From positions 27,050,871-27,114,870 of the forward strand of contig NC_092676.1 in assembly GCF_964355755.1 (NCBI RefSeq): a stretch of DNA of 64,000 nt. The letters run 5' to 3'. This document shows, piece after piece, positions 1 through 13,889 of the stretch; positions within the stretch are counted from its first letter, which is position 1; each line of letters begins with the position of its first letter. Source of the stretch: Antedon mediterranea (Eukaryota; Animalia; Echinodermata). The notes below the pieces were generated by a model, which had not been told where the DNA came from, made no database searches, and saw nothing but the letters and a program-made list of their open reading frames with translations. Position numbers and translations under genes: made by a program.

Positions 1-349
1 TGTGATGGAAAATTAAAAATGAAAATAAATTCATCTATAAGCACCTACACATTATTGAAATGATAGTAATTTATCGGATTAATAATTATAACCAAAAAGT
101 CATTAAGAGTTCACTCACACCGTTTACGCAAGATTTAATTGTACCAAAAATTGACTTTCCGATACAAAATCATCTATAATGCAAAACATGATATTCCATT
201 ATTGTTTGCGCTACTGTACTGTAATGTAAATGTTGTATTAAGGTAAATAATTTCATAGTGCTTTTCCAATTACTAAGTACATTTTCCACACGAATAAAAA
301 GCCTTAAGAAATTATACCGAATGATCGGTGTGAAGAACAAACGGAGAGT

Positions 350-436
350 ACTCGTGACCTGGTGTGAGTAGCCTAGTTACGACATAACTATGACCTAGTC
401 TTCACAACATGACCTAGTCTTTGTGACATGATCTAC
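350..436. repeat. Degenerate ~20-bp tandem repeat containing TGACCT(AG)
   Basis: gtgacctggt..., atgacctagtcttcacaac, atgacctagtctttgtgac, atgatctacc. Confidence 0.55.
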
Positions 437-1233
437 CAGTAGAATGGGTTAAATTGTGTCACATGCTACGAGACCTATTTACGACAACAATATGGCCTAT
501 TGAATGTATTAAATTAATGAATTTTGAATCTATGTTCTGAATGTTGGACATTGATTCTAATGGGAATAACATAACATGCAAAAGCTTTTATTCAAACAAT
601 ACTAAATTGAAATGGACTGCAACACGGATCTAAGAGACAAAACGTTTCTAAGCTATGAGGACATAATTTGTTGACAATGTTACAGACATATGATTGCTTA
701 AATTGGATAGAAAGTGTAATAATAACTGGAAATTTAAAAACACAAATACAAGCCTGTAACTGGTGATTTGCGGTGGTAGAAAGAAGAAGTGTTGGAGAAT
801 GCAATAGCTCATCTATCAACTAAAATATGAATCCATTTTTTAAAATATCAAAATATTAATTTTCCAAACTCCTTCACAGCAATACATCAGAAATTTTATC
901 TTATTTTTTTACAAATTTTCCAACAGAAATGACAAAAGAATAAGATGAGTTAAGTGTAATTTTCATGCTTGATTTAACCGTTAACTCTAAATTGATTTTT
1001 AATGTAAAATTGATTCATTATTTCAGTAGAAAGAATAATAAATGGGTAAGAAAAACATTAAAAATACACAATAATTCATACTATAATGATGGAAATTATT
1101 AAAGAAAACACTATCATCTATTGCTGGAAACATCTTTTGACATTATGTATATTGATGGATATTTGATGATATTTTACTATTATTGTTAAACTTTGGTCTT
1201 TGCAAAGTAGTAGTATTTTACCATAAACGTCCA

Positions 1234-1452
1234 GCTGAAATGCAAGTTTTGTTTCAACTTCATCATGTAGTAGTTTTTCTTGTCCAGAACTATCACAAAA
1301 ACATTCATGTTCAATACATATGAATGAAAAAATAGATTTTATTATTAACTTTTTCGTCTGGCTGAAATGCAATTTAGTTTTAACTTCATCATATAGATTT
1401 TCTTGTCCAGATCTATCACAAAAACATTACATTCCAAACTTATGAATGAAAA
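1234..1452. repeat. Diverged tandem duplication, ~100 bp x2
   Basis: gctgaaatgcaa...aacttcatcat...tcttgtccaga..tatcacaaaaacatt...tatgaatgaaaa at about 1234-1331 and 1361-1452. Confidence 0.8.
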
Positions 1453-2524
1453 TATATACAGTATAAACATTTACAATATCATTTTGAATTTTTTTTTTAT
1501 GTGGTTTCTGTTAATCTTTCTGTACAGCACTTTAACTTCTGGAAAGGTGCTTTATAAATAATGAATAATAACAATAATAGATATCCATTAAGCGAAACTG
1601 AAAAATACCAATGGTAAAGATTATTTCAGTTACCTTCAAGACTAAACATGTTTTAGAATTTGAGCTGTATTTTAAAAATATAAAAACGTGTATTTGACTA
1701 TTGTGCCTATTGTTGGTGGACGTTTTATAGCATATCTGAACATGACTGTCGAAGGTCATATGAGAAACCATACACGCCATGGTAGCGTGAGGTTCAATGT
1801 ATGCATTTAATCAAGTCGTGAATGTTTAGGTTTATTTATAACCCTCGACCTTTGACATAGTGACAAGCAGATGAAATGTGTGATAGATGTGCTGTACTGC
1901 ATACTTTTACAAAGATTATACACAAGTATTTTAATAATTCAACAGTTTAAGTTGCCAAAAATAATTCTAAAAAATGTACATTTTGCTCCGATTATTTTGA
2001 CGCTCTCATACTTCATAATCCGCGATAAAATCGAGAAGATTTTATCGCTGTGACTACAAATGTAACGTTTTAATAATTTAACACCTTAAGTGGCTAAAAA
2101 AAGTACCTATGCTCTGATTATTTCCGCACCCTTGTAGTGTTAAAGCGCGATAAAATTAGGAAGATAAGTCGTGATGTTCATGACCTGATAAATAGTACAT
2201 TCATATGTATTTGGTTTGCATGAAGGTTAGTGATGATGGATGGAATGCCTTAGCTGTTAATAAAGTGTTACATCAGTGTTGGTAACAGTTGGATGCGGTG
2301 CCCAGACAAATTACACCAATCAGATATGTGACAACTCGGAATAAAATGTGGCATAAAAAATAAAATATTTACACAATTTAAGAAATAAATGTACAAATGT
2401 TTTAGATAAGTGTGTTTCAACGATTATGATAGTGATATTATAAAATGAAAAATATGAAATGAAATTATTTTTTAAAGACAATTTTGATAGATATGACAAT
2501 TTTGGAGATGGAGTTAACCATGAA

Positions 2525-2667
2525 TACACTGTGGAACCCATACAGGGACACCTTTGGGACCCAAATAGAGGTTGGATGTAGTCTTAAAACATCTATTTCC
2601 CGTGTTCATTCAATGAGAAACTGTCTCTCGAATAGAGATATCCCAAAAGAGAGGTTCTACAAATGTA
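2525..2667 (+). mobile_element. MITE family A (Tc1/mariner/pogo-like ends), degenerate copy
   Basis: Ends gtggaaccc ... gaggttctac; internal ggacacc and gttgg..tagtcttaaaacat shared with 35435-35590 and (reversed) 9810-10085. Confidence 0.6.
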
Positions 2668-4473
2668 TAAAATTTCACATTTATAAACTTTTAAATTAGA
2701 CTGCAAAAACGTACCTAACAAAAAAACAACATTCACGCATCAAAATTTAGCATCCTAAATTAAACTTTACATTCTCCATCAGCTAATTTAAACCGTTGAG
2801 GAATACACTGAATACAAATAAGTATGACACATATACAAATCATTTTCCATAATGAATATTCATGCCATGGGCAATTTAACCCATTCTCAGTCCAAACTTA
2901 AAATATAATAGCTGAGTGCTGTAGTAGCTTTCTTTGACCCAAATATAGAGAGAATGTAGGCAACGGATGCCGTGAGCTTCTCTATACTAAAAACCTAGCT
3001 ACTACTACATTTATATTCATTTTCATCAGTCTAACTGCCAGCCGTAGTCATTATAAAGTAATTTGTGGTGTGCAACATACATACAATGTTACTTTATGCT
3101 AATATTAATAATACTCTTATATTTGATTCCTTTTCTGTCTGTCGTGAAAAATACTTAAATACGGTTTCGTTTTTTGGAAAATAAAAATTGCATATGCAAT
3201 ACAAATTGACATCTATTGGTTTATTAATTTGTTTTAAAGATAAAACAGTAATAATTAGTATATATTCATGAATATTCATGACCTGACCCTGGTGCATGTA
3301 TTTTAGTTATGTCAGTCAACATTTTAAAAAGATTTTCATACGATGAGCGCATATACCGGATTTTTCAAACATTTCTCATATTGTAGTTATTCCTTTCACA
3401 TTTTTTACATTTTAGCATCTTATACAGTACATTTTCTTGTACATTTTACGTTTTTAGCATTTTTAAACATCTCTCTCCAGCATTTTTCCATCCAGAATCT
3501 ATTTGTATATTTTAATACAATACAGAATTCCTATAAAAATCTGTGATTCAAATTTGCTACTTTTCAAGTTAACAACAAGCGTGGAAACAAATCCATTATA
3601 CGACATTTGTAGGTTAGTAGGGTGTTTCATTAAAACAAATATTAAATCACTCAACAGACAAAGTGAAGAATATTTCATTTACTTTGCCTTAAACTCATTT
3701 TTCTTCAATCAATACCATCACTCAGTTTTTTAAATTATTCAATGCCTTTACTTGTCTATTATCATAAACGTGTCCAATCATTCAACATAGGTAATAGGAA
3801 TGATTTATCATTGTAGGGTACATTTTAGAATTTTCATATTTCTCCTGGAAGATTATCATTCATTTTTGTGTCAAGTGAGGTTAAACATTTTTTCAAATCA
3901 CAAAATAAATAATAACCAATTCAGTAGTTTGAGCTGTGTCAATATAAATCAAACAGTTTTTTTTAAATATATTACATTACAAAAACAAAATACTGTAATG
4001 AAATATATGAGTGTTACAAGAATGCTATACTTCTACTGCAGAGGTTCCCTTCAATGTTTAACAAATGTTCTCAGTAAAACCTTTAGATAAACTAAACTGA
4101 AAAACATAATACCTTTGATAGCTTAAAAAAGGATTATGTAAAATAAAATTCATTCATTAATTTTCTTTTTTTCAGATAGTACATCCATATACAAATCATA
4201 CAAAAAACAAAAAGAAAAACAATTTCTCTAGAAAATTAACAATATAAGCAACTTCCACTAAACCAACCTACAATATCCTAAATACCAATTTGCACCAACG
4301 CCGATGTACTGTACAGTAGTAGGTTGGATTGTGGGAGTCTGTTAACTATGGTTTTAAACAGACTATTGCAACTGTCATGAATTCTGTTCTTAGAAATATG
4401 TATAGGGTTCCTCCAATATTCATAGAATGAGGGAACGTTATTCGTATTATCCAAAATGGTATACAGTAGATAG

Positions 4474-4541
4474 AATCCCTACATCCAGTGGGATAATCCC
4501 TACATCCAGAGGGATAATCCCTACATCCAGTGGGATAATCC
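4474..4541. repeat. 21-bp minisatellite x3.2 (aatccctacatccagtgggat)
   Basis: Three near-identical units; explains the DYPTGCR repeat in ORF 4346-4576. Confidence 0.9.
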
Positions 4542-4999
4542 AAAGTTACTATTTCCTCTCTAGTTTTTAGTATCAATGTATTCAGTCAGGAACTAAAAGA
4601 AGAAATATTTGATAGGTGATGGTATCAACTCAAAAGCAGTCTTATTCATTGTGGATGAATGTGTATGTGTGTTAGTAAATAAAAGAGGCGTCAGAGACTA
4701 GCCATATGGTTTGCATTTGATCCAATATTTGGCCTATTAAGCTATTGTTGCTACTATTATTTTATTACGATTGAAAATATATTTTCCTATATCTCATTAA
4801 TGTTTAACATTATGTTGTAAAATGAAAGCGCCATCATTATTGAAAATCTAACAAAATAATCACTACATATTGACTTACTATCTTAAGAAAGGCCAACAAG
4901 TTCTTTTTCCTTTTGCCTTTTTCACCCAAGCTCCTTTGAATACTGTTCCAGCGAGCTCTTATATGGGAGCTTCAAAGTACTGAAGAACAGAGTGGGATT

Positions 5000-5075
5000 T
5001 TTTATTTATTTATAAACTTATTTTACATGGATGACATTTTCATTCAAAATAATGTTATTACAAATGGTCCATGAT
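5000..5075 (-). mobile_element. LINE/SINE 3' tail remnant
   Basis: Reverse complement tggaccattt...tgaaaatgtcatcca...(taaa)n matches the plus-strand copy at 31375-31450. Confidence 0.5.
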
Positions 5076-5973
5076 AAAAGAAATGTATGCATAAAAGCGA
5101 ATATTCATAAGTTACAAAACATTTTTTTGTTTGTTTTAGATTATAGAAAAACATACAAGAACAATTACATTTTAAATACAGATACAGAATAATAATAATA
5201 AACAGTTAAGTAAGTACATCGCAATTACACAGGTTCTGTTCTTCTGCTTTTCTTCTTTTTTTTAAATCTTAGGATATTTTATGGACCATTTTTATGTGTA
5301 AAGTACTTAGAAACATTGGGTGCTATTTAAGACTATCATTATTATTATCATTATTAATATCTATTTTGATTTTGTTCAAAAATCTTTGGCTTTGGTGGGC
5401 TTTGGAATTTGAAGCCAAGGCAAGACTAAAACATTACCAATGTGCTGCCCTCAGTAGTCTCAACAGAATAAAACATTAATTAGGTCAAAATCTGCCTCCA
5501 TAAATTATAATGTTGTGGCTTTTTTTTCACAATGTTATAACTTCATTGGTTTAATTAGGTCAAACGTTATTAACACGTTTATAGCAAGCTAAAGTTCACG
5601 CGACAAATACTTCAGATAATGGGTCTGTAATAGGCAATAATTATAAGTAAGGCTAAGAAATGAAGAAAGAAAACCACATTCATGTTAAAATGATGATGTC
5701 ATAAAGCTTATAAAAACAATTATTTTATCCACTTTAATGACTCGACCTAATTCTTTAAACCTTTAATGAACGTGGAATGATTTATAAGATGGGTGAGCAT
5801 ATAATTGTGGGATAATGTTTTGTTTTGTGGATTTCTCTTATAAAACAATAATGAGCAAGATCATTAAACAGAAGATTGTGAAATAATAGAGTACACAAAG
5901 AAAATAATCAATATATATAATGTATAACCAGCTATAACATCCAATTAATATTTTAAGAAGAGTTTAAACACAT

Positions 5974-6247
5974 CTGGGGTTAGATTTTTCAGCTGTGTTT
6001 GGCAAAAAAATTAGCAAAACTTTGTATGTCAATAGTTTTGCTTTTAAAGTCAGTTTACAAAATTAAGTTTTTAAATATTTTTCTTAAATCTATAAATGAG
6101 TCTATTCAATAAGATAAAAAAAGGATTGGTTTGATATTAAAATAAAGCATCAGTTTTACTTAAGCAATAAAGCACTGTCTTGACTTAAGAACTGTTTTGA
6201 CTAGCACTATTTTGAGTTAATCAAAAGGCTGATCAATTCTAGCCCAG
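5974..6247. mobile_element. Possible old MITE
   Basis: Imperfect inverted termini ctggggttagatttttcagc ... gctgatcaattctagcccag. Confidence 0.4.
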
Positions 6248-7493
6248 TGCACTACATTCAACTAGTTTAAAAGCCCTTAGGCTGGACGAAAATGTCTGGA
6301 TTACTTTCTTTCAAACACATTTTGAAAATTAATATAAAAAAATTAGGAATCTTTGGGAACATATAACATTCTGGTTTTGGGAAAATGTTTAAGATTTTCT
6401 AGGCCAGAAGTTTGTCCACCAGCCTATACACTTTTGTAAGTACACTGTGTGTAATTAGCTAATTCACAAATGTATTATTAGCTTCTGTTTCCTTTTTATG
6501 AACTACCAATTAACAAATTACATACCAGATATATGTGTAAGTACTACAGGTAAATGGTATATGAACAAATAGCACCTGCAAGGCATTAGTACAAAGACTA
6601 ATGTATTCATGTTGTATTGTTTAAATAATACCATCATTGTGAAATATATAACGTAGAAATCATTCACCGAAAAGTACAAAATAAATCAATATTTAGATTA
6701 ATTCAGTAGTTTTTAAGTGAAATTTATATAATATACTGCTTTTTATATTATGATTTGATAAAATACAATAAACTATTTGTATTAAATGTTATCAGAAGTG
6801 AAAATACTTCTCAAAACTAGAAAATGTGATCGCTATATGCCAACCTGAATTTATCATCGTTTCACTGCCAGAACAAATCAAACAATACTTCAATTTAATT
6901 TTCAAGAAAAATCTCAAACGAAAACAATCAAATATGTTATCAAACAAGATATGAAATATTTTTCAGAATTAATTCAAAGTATCGCATCAAATTCAAGACA
7001 AATTGTTCTAAAAAAGCTCTGACATGATCATATTTTATTGAAAATGATCTGACTAAAGGGGGCTTGTTAAAATTGTAATGAAATAATTTTGAAGGAATAC
7101 ATATTACAGAAAAATATAACACTGTAACATTATCTTTTGAAATATACACAAGGGAGACATATGATATGTAGTTCAAGAAAAAGTATCCAAATGGCTAGGC
7201 CTCAAGAAACGTTTTAATTTTCGTTTAAGATTTACTCATGAATAACATACACATTTTACAAATGTATGCCAGTGATTGATTTTTCTAATATTTGAAAAGA
7301 TTATACAATTTTATTTTTTTCTGAATGTAAATCTTTTTGATCCATTACATATTGAATTTTAAGACTGTAAAAAAATGAGTACAGGTCTGCTAGTATTAAA
7401 GACCATTTTGGGACCATTTTCTTAGCAGGGTTTTAGGTTGACAGAAGCTTAAAGGACCTCATGTGAATAAGCCTCCAATTGGAAGAAACTCTG

Positions 7494-7755
7494 TGGGGTG
7501 GAGTTTGTGGGCAGAAACTTTAAAAATGTCTATTTTCTATAGTTGGAAGAAGCATCCAGGGAAGGAGGAACTATTGGAGGGGGAATGGGGAAGTAGATGA
7601 AATGAGACGGGAAATATTTCATTGGGGTGGAGTCTGTGTAGACAGAAACTTTGGAAAATGTCTCTAACGAAGGAATTTCTAATTGTATGTAATTCAAACA
7701 AGTCTATAAATGGAAGCAGTATCCGGGGAAGGGGGAAAATATTGGAGGAGCAGGG
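7494..7755. repeat. G-rich diverged duplication
   Basis: tggggtggagt.tgtg...cagaaacttt..aaaatgtct and tggaag...atcc.gggaagg.ggaa..tattggagg each occur twice. Confidence 0.7.
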
Positions 7756-8322
7756 AGGATATTTATTTCATAATAAATCTCATGATAATATGGCTCATTA
7801 ATATTATTCTGAAAGACCTAAAAGGATACAGTAAATAGTTACCTGTATGGTATAAAATTACTGCAAATTGTAAAATATCCTATTAGACATTTAAAAGCTA
7901 CCACACAACCAACATTCAGGAAATCACATTATAAATTGGGGCAAAGAACCGGGTGACCTTAATTCCAGGCAATAGGCCATGAATAGGCTGTAGAGTTAAT
8001 TCACAAACAACTGTTATGACCTCTGTTATGTGTGAACTTCGTAAAGGTCAACTACATTGAGAAACCTACAATGGTTTTAGGTTAGGTGGGCTGCTAAGTT
8101 CCAGTGTGTTTGATTAAGTACTGTAGTGGCAGAATTTGACTAGTATTCTAATTAATGTACACATTCAAGTCAATCTTTGTTATGACTCATAGTACAACAC
8201 TTGAACCAAGAAATATATAATAGAATATGTATTTGCAAAAGCTTGAAATAGCTACTTCATAGCTTTAAATATTTGTTATTACTGTAAATACGGAAACAAA
8301 TACAGTTTCTTGTGCCTGGTGG

Positions 8323-8497
8323 TCTTTGAAATCTAGGATCCAAATTCTATTTGAATGTTATAAGCCTGATGTTACAGTATATATACTGCAAAGATTTAGT
8401 CATCATTATCCCATCTTGAAATCTAGGATCCATATTCTATAGTGTGTGAATGTTATCACTCTGATATTACAGTATATACTGTAAAGATTTGGTCATT
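8323..8497. repeat. Tandem duplication, ~90 bp x2
   Basis: ttgaaatctaggatcca.attctat...tgaatgttat...ctgat.ttacagtatata..ctg.aaagattt.gtcat twice. Confidence 0.85.
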
Positions 8498-9316
8498 TAT
8501 ATTATCACAGCTTTATATTCAGTTCAGAAATGAAAAACTATTTTGATAACTCTGGTTTACAGGCAAAACATGAATATAACTAAAGGTTAAATCATTGTAA
8601 TGACACACACTTGTAAAACAGGATGGCTTGATGTAATATATCATTTTTACAGGCTAACTACTAATCCCTTCAAATTTGCACCCAGCACCCATAACACAGT
8701 GTCGCCCTCAGATTTAAAAAGGACCTTGAGTTAATCGAATACGTTCCACAATGATTAATGAATAAATGTTCGCCTCATAGCTAGGATTAAACCTCACGAC
8801 CCATCCATATATAACGTAGCTAACTGTCTCCAGGTCAGACACCCGCTGCGAAAAATTCTGCGAAGATTTACACTGTATAAGAAAATGTGCCTCGCAGAAT
8901 CTATGTTTTTATCAAAAGCCATTGTCCTAGAATATGTCAATGTCATAACAGTTATTATGAAGGCCAAAATTGTTAGCAGCAAGGGCATAATATGCAGTCA
9001 GTCAAATAAATATATGCAAATATTGCTAAATCATCTTTCAGTTTGTCACGGACCAGTTACTAGACATCAAAATTCTTTCAGATTTTTTTGGAAAAAAAAA
9101 ACAAAAAATGGTTGAAAAATATGGAAGACAACAAATTAATACAAATTGTATATGAAAAAATAGTTTTACTGATTGGTACGAAAAAATTCAGATCTGGAGA
9201 TGCACAAGGCTGTGATGCTCTATCTTTTACCTGGTTTAACAAACTTTATTATGAAATATTTTATTGTTTGATTATTATATATTAATATACAATCAAATTT
9301 GAACAATACCATGAAA

Positions 9317-9375
9317 GCCATAGTGGTCTAATGGTTTAGGACATCTGCATATCAAGAAGAAGGTTCTAGGTTCGC
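9317..9375 (+). mobile_element. tRNA-derived SINE head remnant
   Basis: A-box-like tagtggtctaatggt and B-box-like ggttcg at tRNA-like spacing; no complete cloverleaf. Confidence 0.5.
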
Positions 9376-9533
9376 ACAGATTGCGCTCATCTTTATCGTT
9401 TCAAATGAATTAATTAAATTTCAAGATATCACCAGGCGGTTTAGAATTTATTCTGTGCCTGTGATGTTTATTATACTTATTATATAATTATACAATATAC
9501 TCTGGAAATAACATTTAAGAATAGAAAACTCAC

Positions 9534-9675
9534 CTTCTTTTGACATTCCTAATTCAATACATTTTTTGTATCTACATGACGGACATCGATTCCTTTGGTT
9601 CCGACTGATTTCGCAATTTCCACCACGAAGACATATGTATTCTTTTTGACGTCGCAAACATCTTCGAAAGAATCC
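9534..9675 (-). CDS. Nuclear receptor (NR1-type) DBD exon: second zinc finger, GFFRRCLRRQKEYICLRGGNCEISRNQRNRCPSCRYKKCIELGMSKE
   Basis: 142-nt exon; acceptor tttctttctcaag, donor GTGAGT (9528-9533); C-x5-C and RNRC-x2-CR-x2-KC-x3-GMS motifs; phase 0 start joins the upstream CEGCK exon. Confidence 0.96.
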
Positions 9676-12606
9676 CTTGAGAAAGAAAACACAACATGGT
9701 ATTTTTTTAAATATTAAAAATAAACAATATATAATAATGTGCCGGTACATGGAGTACAACATTTCTATTTTTAATCGAAGGACTGTATCCAAATAGGACT
9801 GTATCCAAATAGAACCACTCCATGCAACCACTCCTATTAAAAGGACACAGTAAAATGAATGAGGGAAAATATATGTTTTAACAAACAACCAAACAACTGC
9901 TATTCAGGGGACACCCGTATTAAGGGGACACCCGTATTAAGGGGACACCCGTATTAAGGGGACACCCGTATTAAGGGGACACCCGTATTAAGGGGACACC
10001 CCCCTATTAAGGGGATACCCCCTATTAAGGGGACATCCTTATCAAGAGGACACTTTCTTGTGTCCCCTGAAGAAGAGTTCTACTGTATGCTATCATTTTT
10101 GTAAACTTTTTTTTTCATAACCTAATTTTTTTAGGATTTCTTTAAAATCTACCCATAATTTTTAATGATATATAACTGTTTTTAGTTTAGGTTGTATGAT
10201 TTATTATTTTATTTTCACATAACAACAATGATTTAAAGCTTATTTTAACCTAATGTGAGCACAAATGTGTCTTTAATGTTTCAAGATCACAAATATTAGG
10301 TCGTTTCGGATATTAAACCATTAAAAAAAATGTGATCTTAATACAACGCGAGGTTTTTTAGGTAATACGTTGTCAAGATGAACAAGAAAAATCTATCAAC
10401 TGAAGGTCGCGGATCACGCATTCAGGTAAACGCTATAAAGTATGCACACTTCAGGGTTAATGAACTAATAAACGGCGTAACTGAATGAAAGAAAAATGTC
10501 TTCAGTTTCATTAGCCGTATTCTTTTCTCGTGCCGAGTGTATGTGCCCTATCCGCCAGGTGCTTCACACAATGGCGTCATCAAATCAATTACATTCATCA
10601 ATGATATAACTCGCAGTGCATCAATTTTTAAACATGGATTGATGACTTCATTGTTTGGCTTGGTTACCTAGTGCCGGGTTGACGGAAATCAAAATGCTGG
10701 AAGGAGGAAATACGAAGGGTGTAAGGGCAATTTAATATTCCTATCAACATCTGACCATTTTCTCTGTTATATATAGTGACATATTTAATGTGTATTTATA
10801 ATCTAGTTTTATTTTATTAAATGTTTAAAGTATCAAATGCTTTTTTAAAATTTTAAATAGAAAGCAAGTGCTCAAATTTATATTTATATTATATTAAATT
10901 ACTAATTTTATGCAAACTATTATATAATTTGTAAATAATCTTTTATACTGTATCTTTCCCTAGTTAAGCCTCTCGTATAAATAGTCAATATTGTAATGTA
11001 TACCCGCAAATAGCCACGATCCTTAATCAGTATGAGTAAGCTATACTGTGAACATATGTCGGTAGCATTCACGCATTTATCCGCAGCCCACCCATTCATT
11101 CAAACCCATCCATGTTCGTTTTATTCCCGGCGTCCAATATCGCCTGCTTGCATGATTTATTGAGCATCGCCTTGAAAAGTGCATCAGGTCTGTTGAGTGT
11201 CACTCGTCCTCGTATGGTCATGGTCAGAGAGACATTTCAGTTAATATAGGTTTTTAAAATTGTCGGACAATTCTATATGCAATCAACATTATGTTTGCAA
11301 TACACAGTAATGGATTACAAATAAATAATGACAATTTTTAGATGAAATAAGTCCATTTAACATTTTTTTCAATTTAAATTATTTGTACAATATTTGTTGC
11401 ACTTCTAATGGCTTTCTTAAAAGTTTTTTCCATTTTGAAATCAAGTTATTTTTATTTACACATTTGAAAGAATACTTGACTACTATTGGGGTTAGAAATA
11501 AAATGGAAACAATTTCTTGGAATTGTGCTAAAAGGTCTCCACACTACCGTAGGCGCTAACATTAAATCTATATTCAACATACAAAGGTTAAGATTATATA
11601 ATGTGGTATTGAACTCTCAAGTCTCAAATCAATTAAGCCGTCTGTAGTGAATACTCAGCACACTTAATTTAATTTCATACGCAGGATTTGTAAGGTACAT
11701 GACAGAATTTAGCAGTCGGCTATGGTTCACTTATGCTATCATTTTTTGGAAATAAATAACATTATAATGATAATTAACCTTGGAGTTACTGTGCTTAAGG
11801 GGAATTCTGAGTTTAAAACCAAGCCTTTAGCAGATTTTTCCTTTAATATTAAAATTATGACCCAATTTTGTTTTCAACTATTGCTATACTATTATTCAAG
11901 TGTATTACTAGTATCAACGAAAGATGTTGAGAATGTAAGAGAACATTTAGTTCCCTTTCCAATTAAGTTAATTTTATTTTATTGATACAGTAGATAGAAT
12001 GTAGTTTTAAGCCAGACTATATTTAAACAACATTTTTATACTACTGATTGTTAAAAAAAAAAAATGCTAATAATCATAATTTCTGAAGACAGAACAATTA
12101 AAACTGTTATGTCAAAAAGTCAAGCCCTGTTTTTTGTAAGAAATATTTCTTTTTCTATTTTATTTTCAAACATCCAAGAAAATATTAACATAATTAAGCC
12201 TATACCCATGCTATAAAACTTGAGGCCTATTAGTATTTCTGGTTTTCTGTTTTAAAAGAATTTTAACACAGATGAGAATGGTAAACACACCATTGACCAA
12301 CCATTACATCTGGGTGCCATAATTATGCAACACAGTGTTACATAACAAATGATCAAATGTTTGCGTAGGCCGCCGCTTTGTGGATCTAAAAAGGCTAAAT
12401 GGACAGGCCTTACACCTTAGAGAATAATTATGCTATTGGAACATAATATAATGCCATTATCGTGCGCTTTGATCTCAACGTGGAAATACAAAAAACATAA
12501 ACACATCATATAAAAGAAAAATGGGTTACAGTTTAATAGTGAAATAAATTCTGGAAAAAACTATTTATAGTTCATCATCAATTATAAATATTATTAGTTT
12601 TTTTAC
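9676..12606 (-). other. GT-AG intron (2931 bp) splitting the DBD at CEGCK|GFFRR
   Basis: Donor gtaaaa at 12606, acceptor ag at 9676; position typical of NR1 genes (ROR/HR3, Rev-erb, RAR, TR, PPAR). Confidence 0.92.
9810..10085 (-). mobile_element. MITE family A copy with an internally expanded 17-bp minisatellite (tattaaggggacacccg, about 8 units, 9901-10053)
   Basis: End agagttctactg|ta; ctattcaggggacacc is the reverse complement of ggtgtcccctgaatag at 35495; 17-bp period. Confidence 0.75.
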
Positions 12607-12689
12607 CTTGCACCCTTCACATGAAACAATCCCATAATGCACTCCTGATGACCTATCACCACAAACCTTACAAGCTAATGTTGGAAAAT
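12607..12689 (-). CDS. Nuclear receptor DBD exon: first zinc finger, (x)[27 protein letters not shown]
   Basis: 83-nt exon, too short for the ORF track; acceptor ttttcttgcag, donor gtaaaa; C-x2-C-x13-C-x2-C; CKVCGD.SSGVHYG resembles ROR/HR3. Confidence 0.96.
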
Positions 12690-13889
12690 CTGCAAGAAAA
12701 AAAAACGCACAATTAAAAATTAACAACCATTAAAAAAACATTTAAAAGTGGATAAAACAAAATGTAAATGATGTTTGCTATATAGTGACATTTGCATTTG
12801 TCATTTAATAACAGAAAACAAAACTCAATTAATTTAAAATTTAAAACAAATATGCAATATTTTAAAGTACTCAGTTACAGTACTGTCAATCATACCATGA
12901 ACATGCTTCATTAATTTTAAATATTTATATATTTTAAATTTTAACATTACTACCAGTAATTTTACCTAAACAAGTGTCATTGACATTATGTAGTATGTAG
13001 CTTTTTGTATTAAAAATATAATAAAATTTTAACATTGTATAATTCATTTTTTGTTTCAAAACAGGCTATTGTTGGTTTATACAGATAAGCTGGATATGAA
13101 TATTAATATTTTTTTTATAAATATGTCTTTGAATATGTAGTAGTAGTAGTACATCAAAGATATAATGACCACTCAGTGTTTGAACTATGATATTATAGTA
13201 AAAAATAATGAACAAATAAATAAAAAGATAGATAAGACATTTTACAAAATAATGTTTGCATAAATATTTACTTTGACCAAAAACATCGAAAAAGAGAAAA
13301 ATAAATTTCCCAATAAAAAATGATTTAAAGGGAAAAAATATTTATCTAGAAGAAAAGGTTTCTAGATAAATGTAACATACTTTATTATTTTGTATAATCA
13401 TGGAGTAAAGGTATAATTACAGTATAAGCGAAATCATTATTTTGTTTACGTTTTTATCAGAGAAAAAGAGAATCTACAAAATGGCCTAATCAAAGTTTGA
13501 TTTTAATTTATATAAATTGTTCTATTTTGAGGACAATACATCTTTAAATATTATTATATTATAATTATAAAGTGTAATAGTGCTTGTGTTGTTTATATTA
13601 ATTATGAAAATATATTCTTTTCTTTTAAGGCATCTGTACTTTAATAGTACCCGTTAATTTATGTAGAGTACAAATGTTACTATCTAATTTTAGCTCCTTT
13701 TAAATATCCAAATATTATCGCAATAATCTGTGAACACATGACTAAGCTACTCCTAACCAATTTCATAGTTGAGATATTAAATCTATAGCAACCTCTCGCA
13801 GTCGTTTAACGAGAAAACACTGTATCCACACATGTAATATATATATTGTGCTACTTTATAGCAAGACAATCACATCAAACATCACGCAT

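Noticed and set aside
4346-4576. ORF with a DYPTGCR repeat
   Set aside because: Translation of a 21-bp minisatellite; no splice context or domain.
9317-9375. tRNA gene
   Set aside because: A/B boxes only; no acceptor stem or T-arm closure.
9448-9888. 146-aa ORF as a single-exon gene
   Set aside because: Only 9534-9675 is bounded by splice sites and homologous to nuclear receptors; the flanks are intronic read-through.
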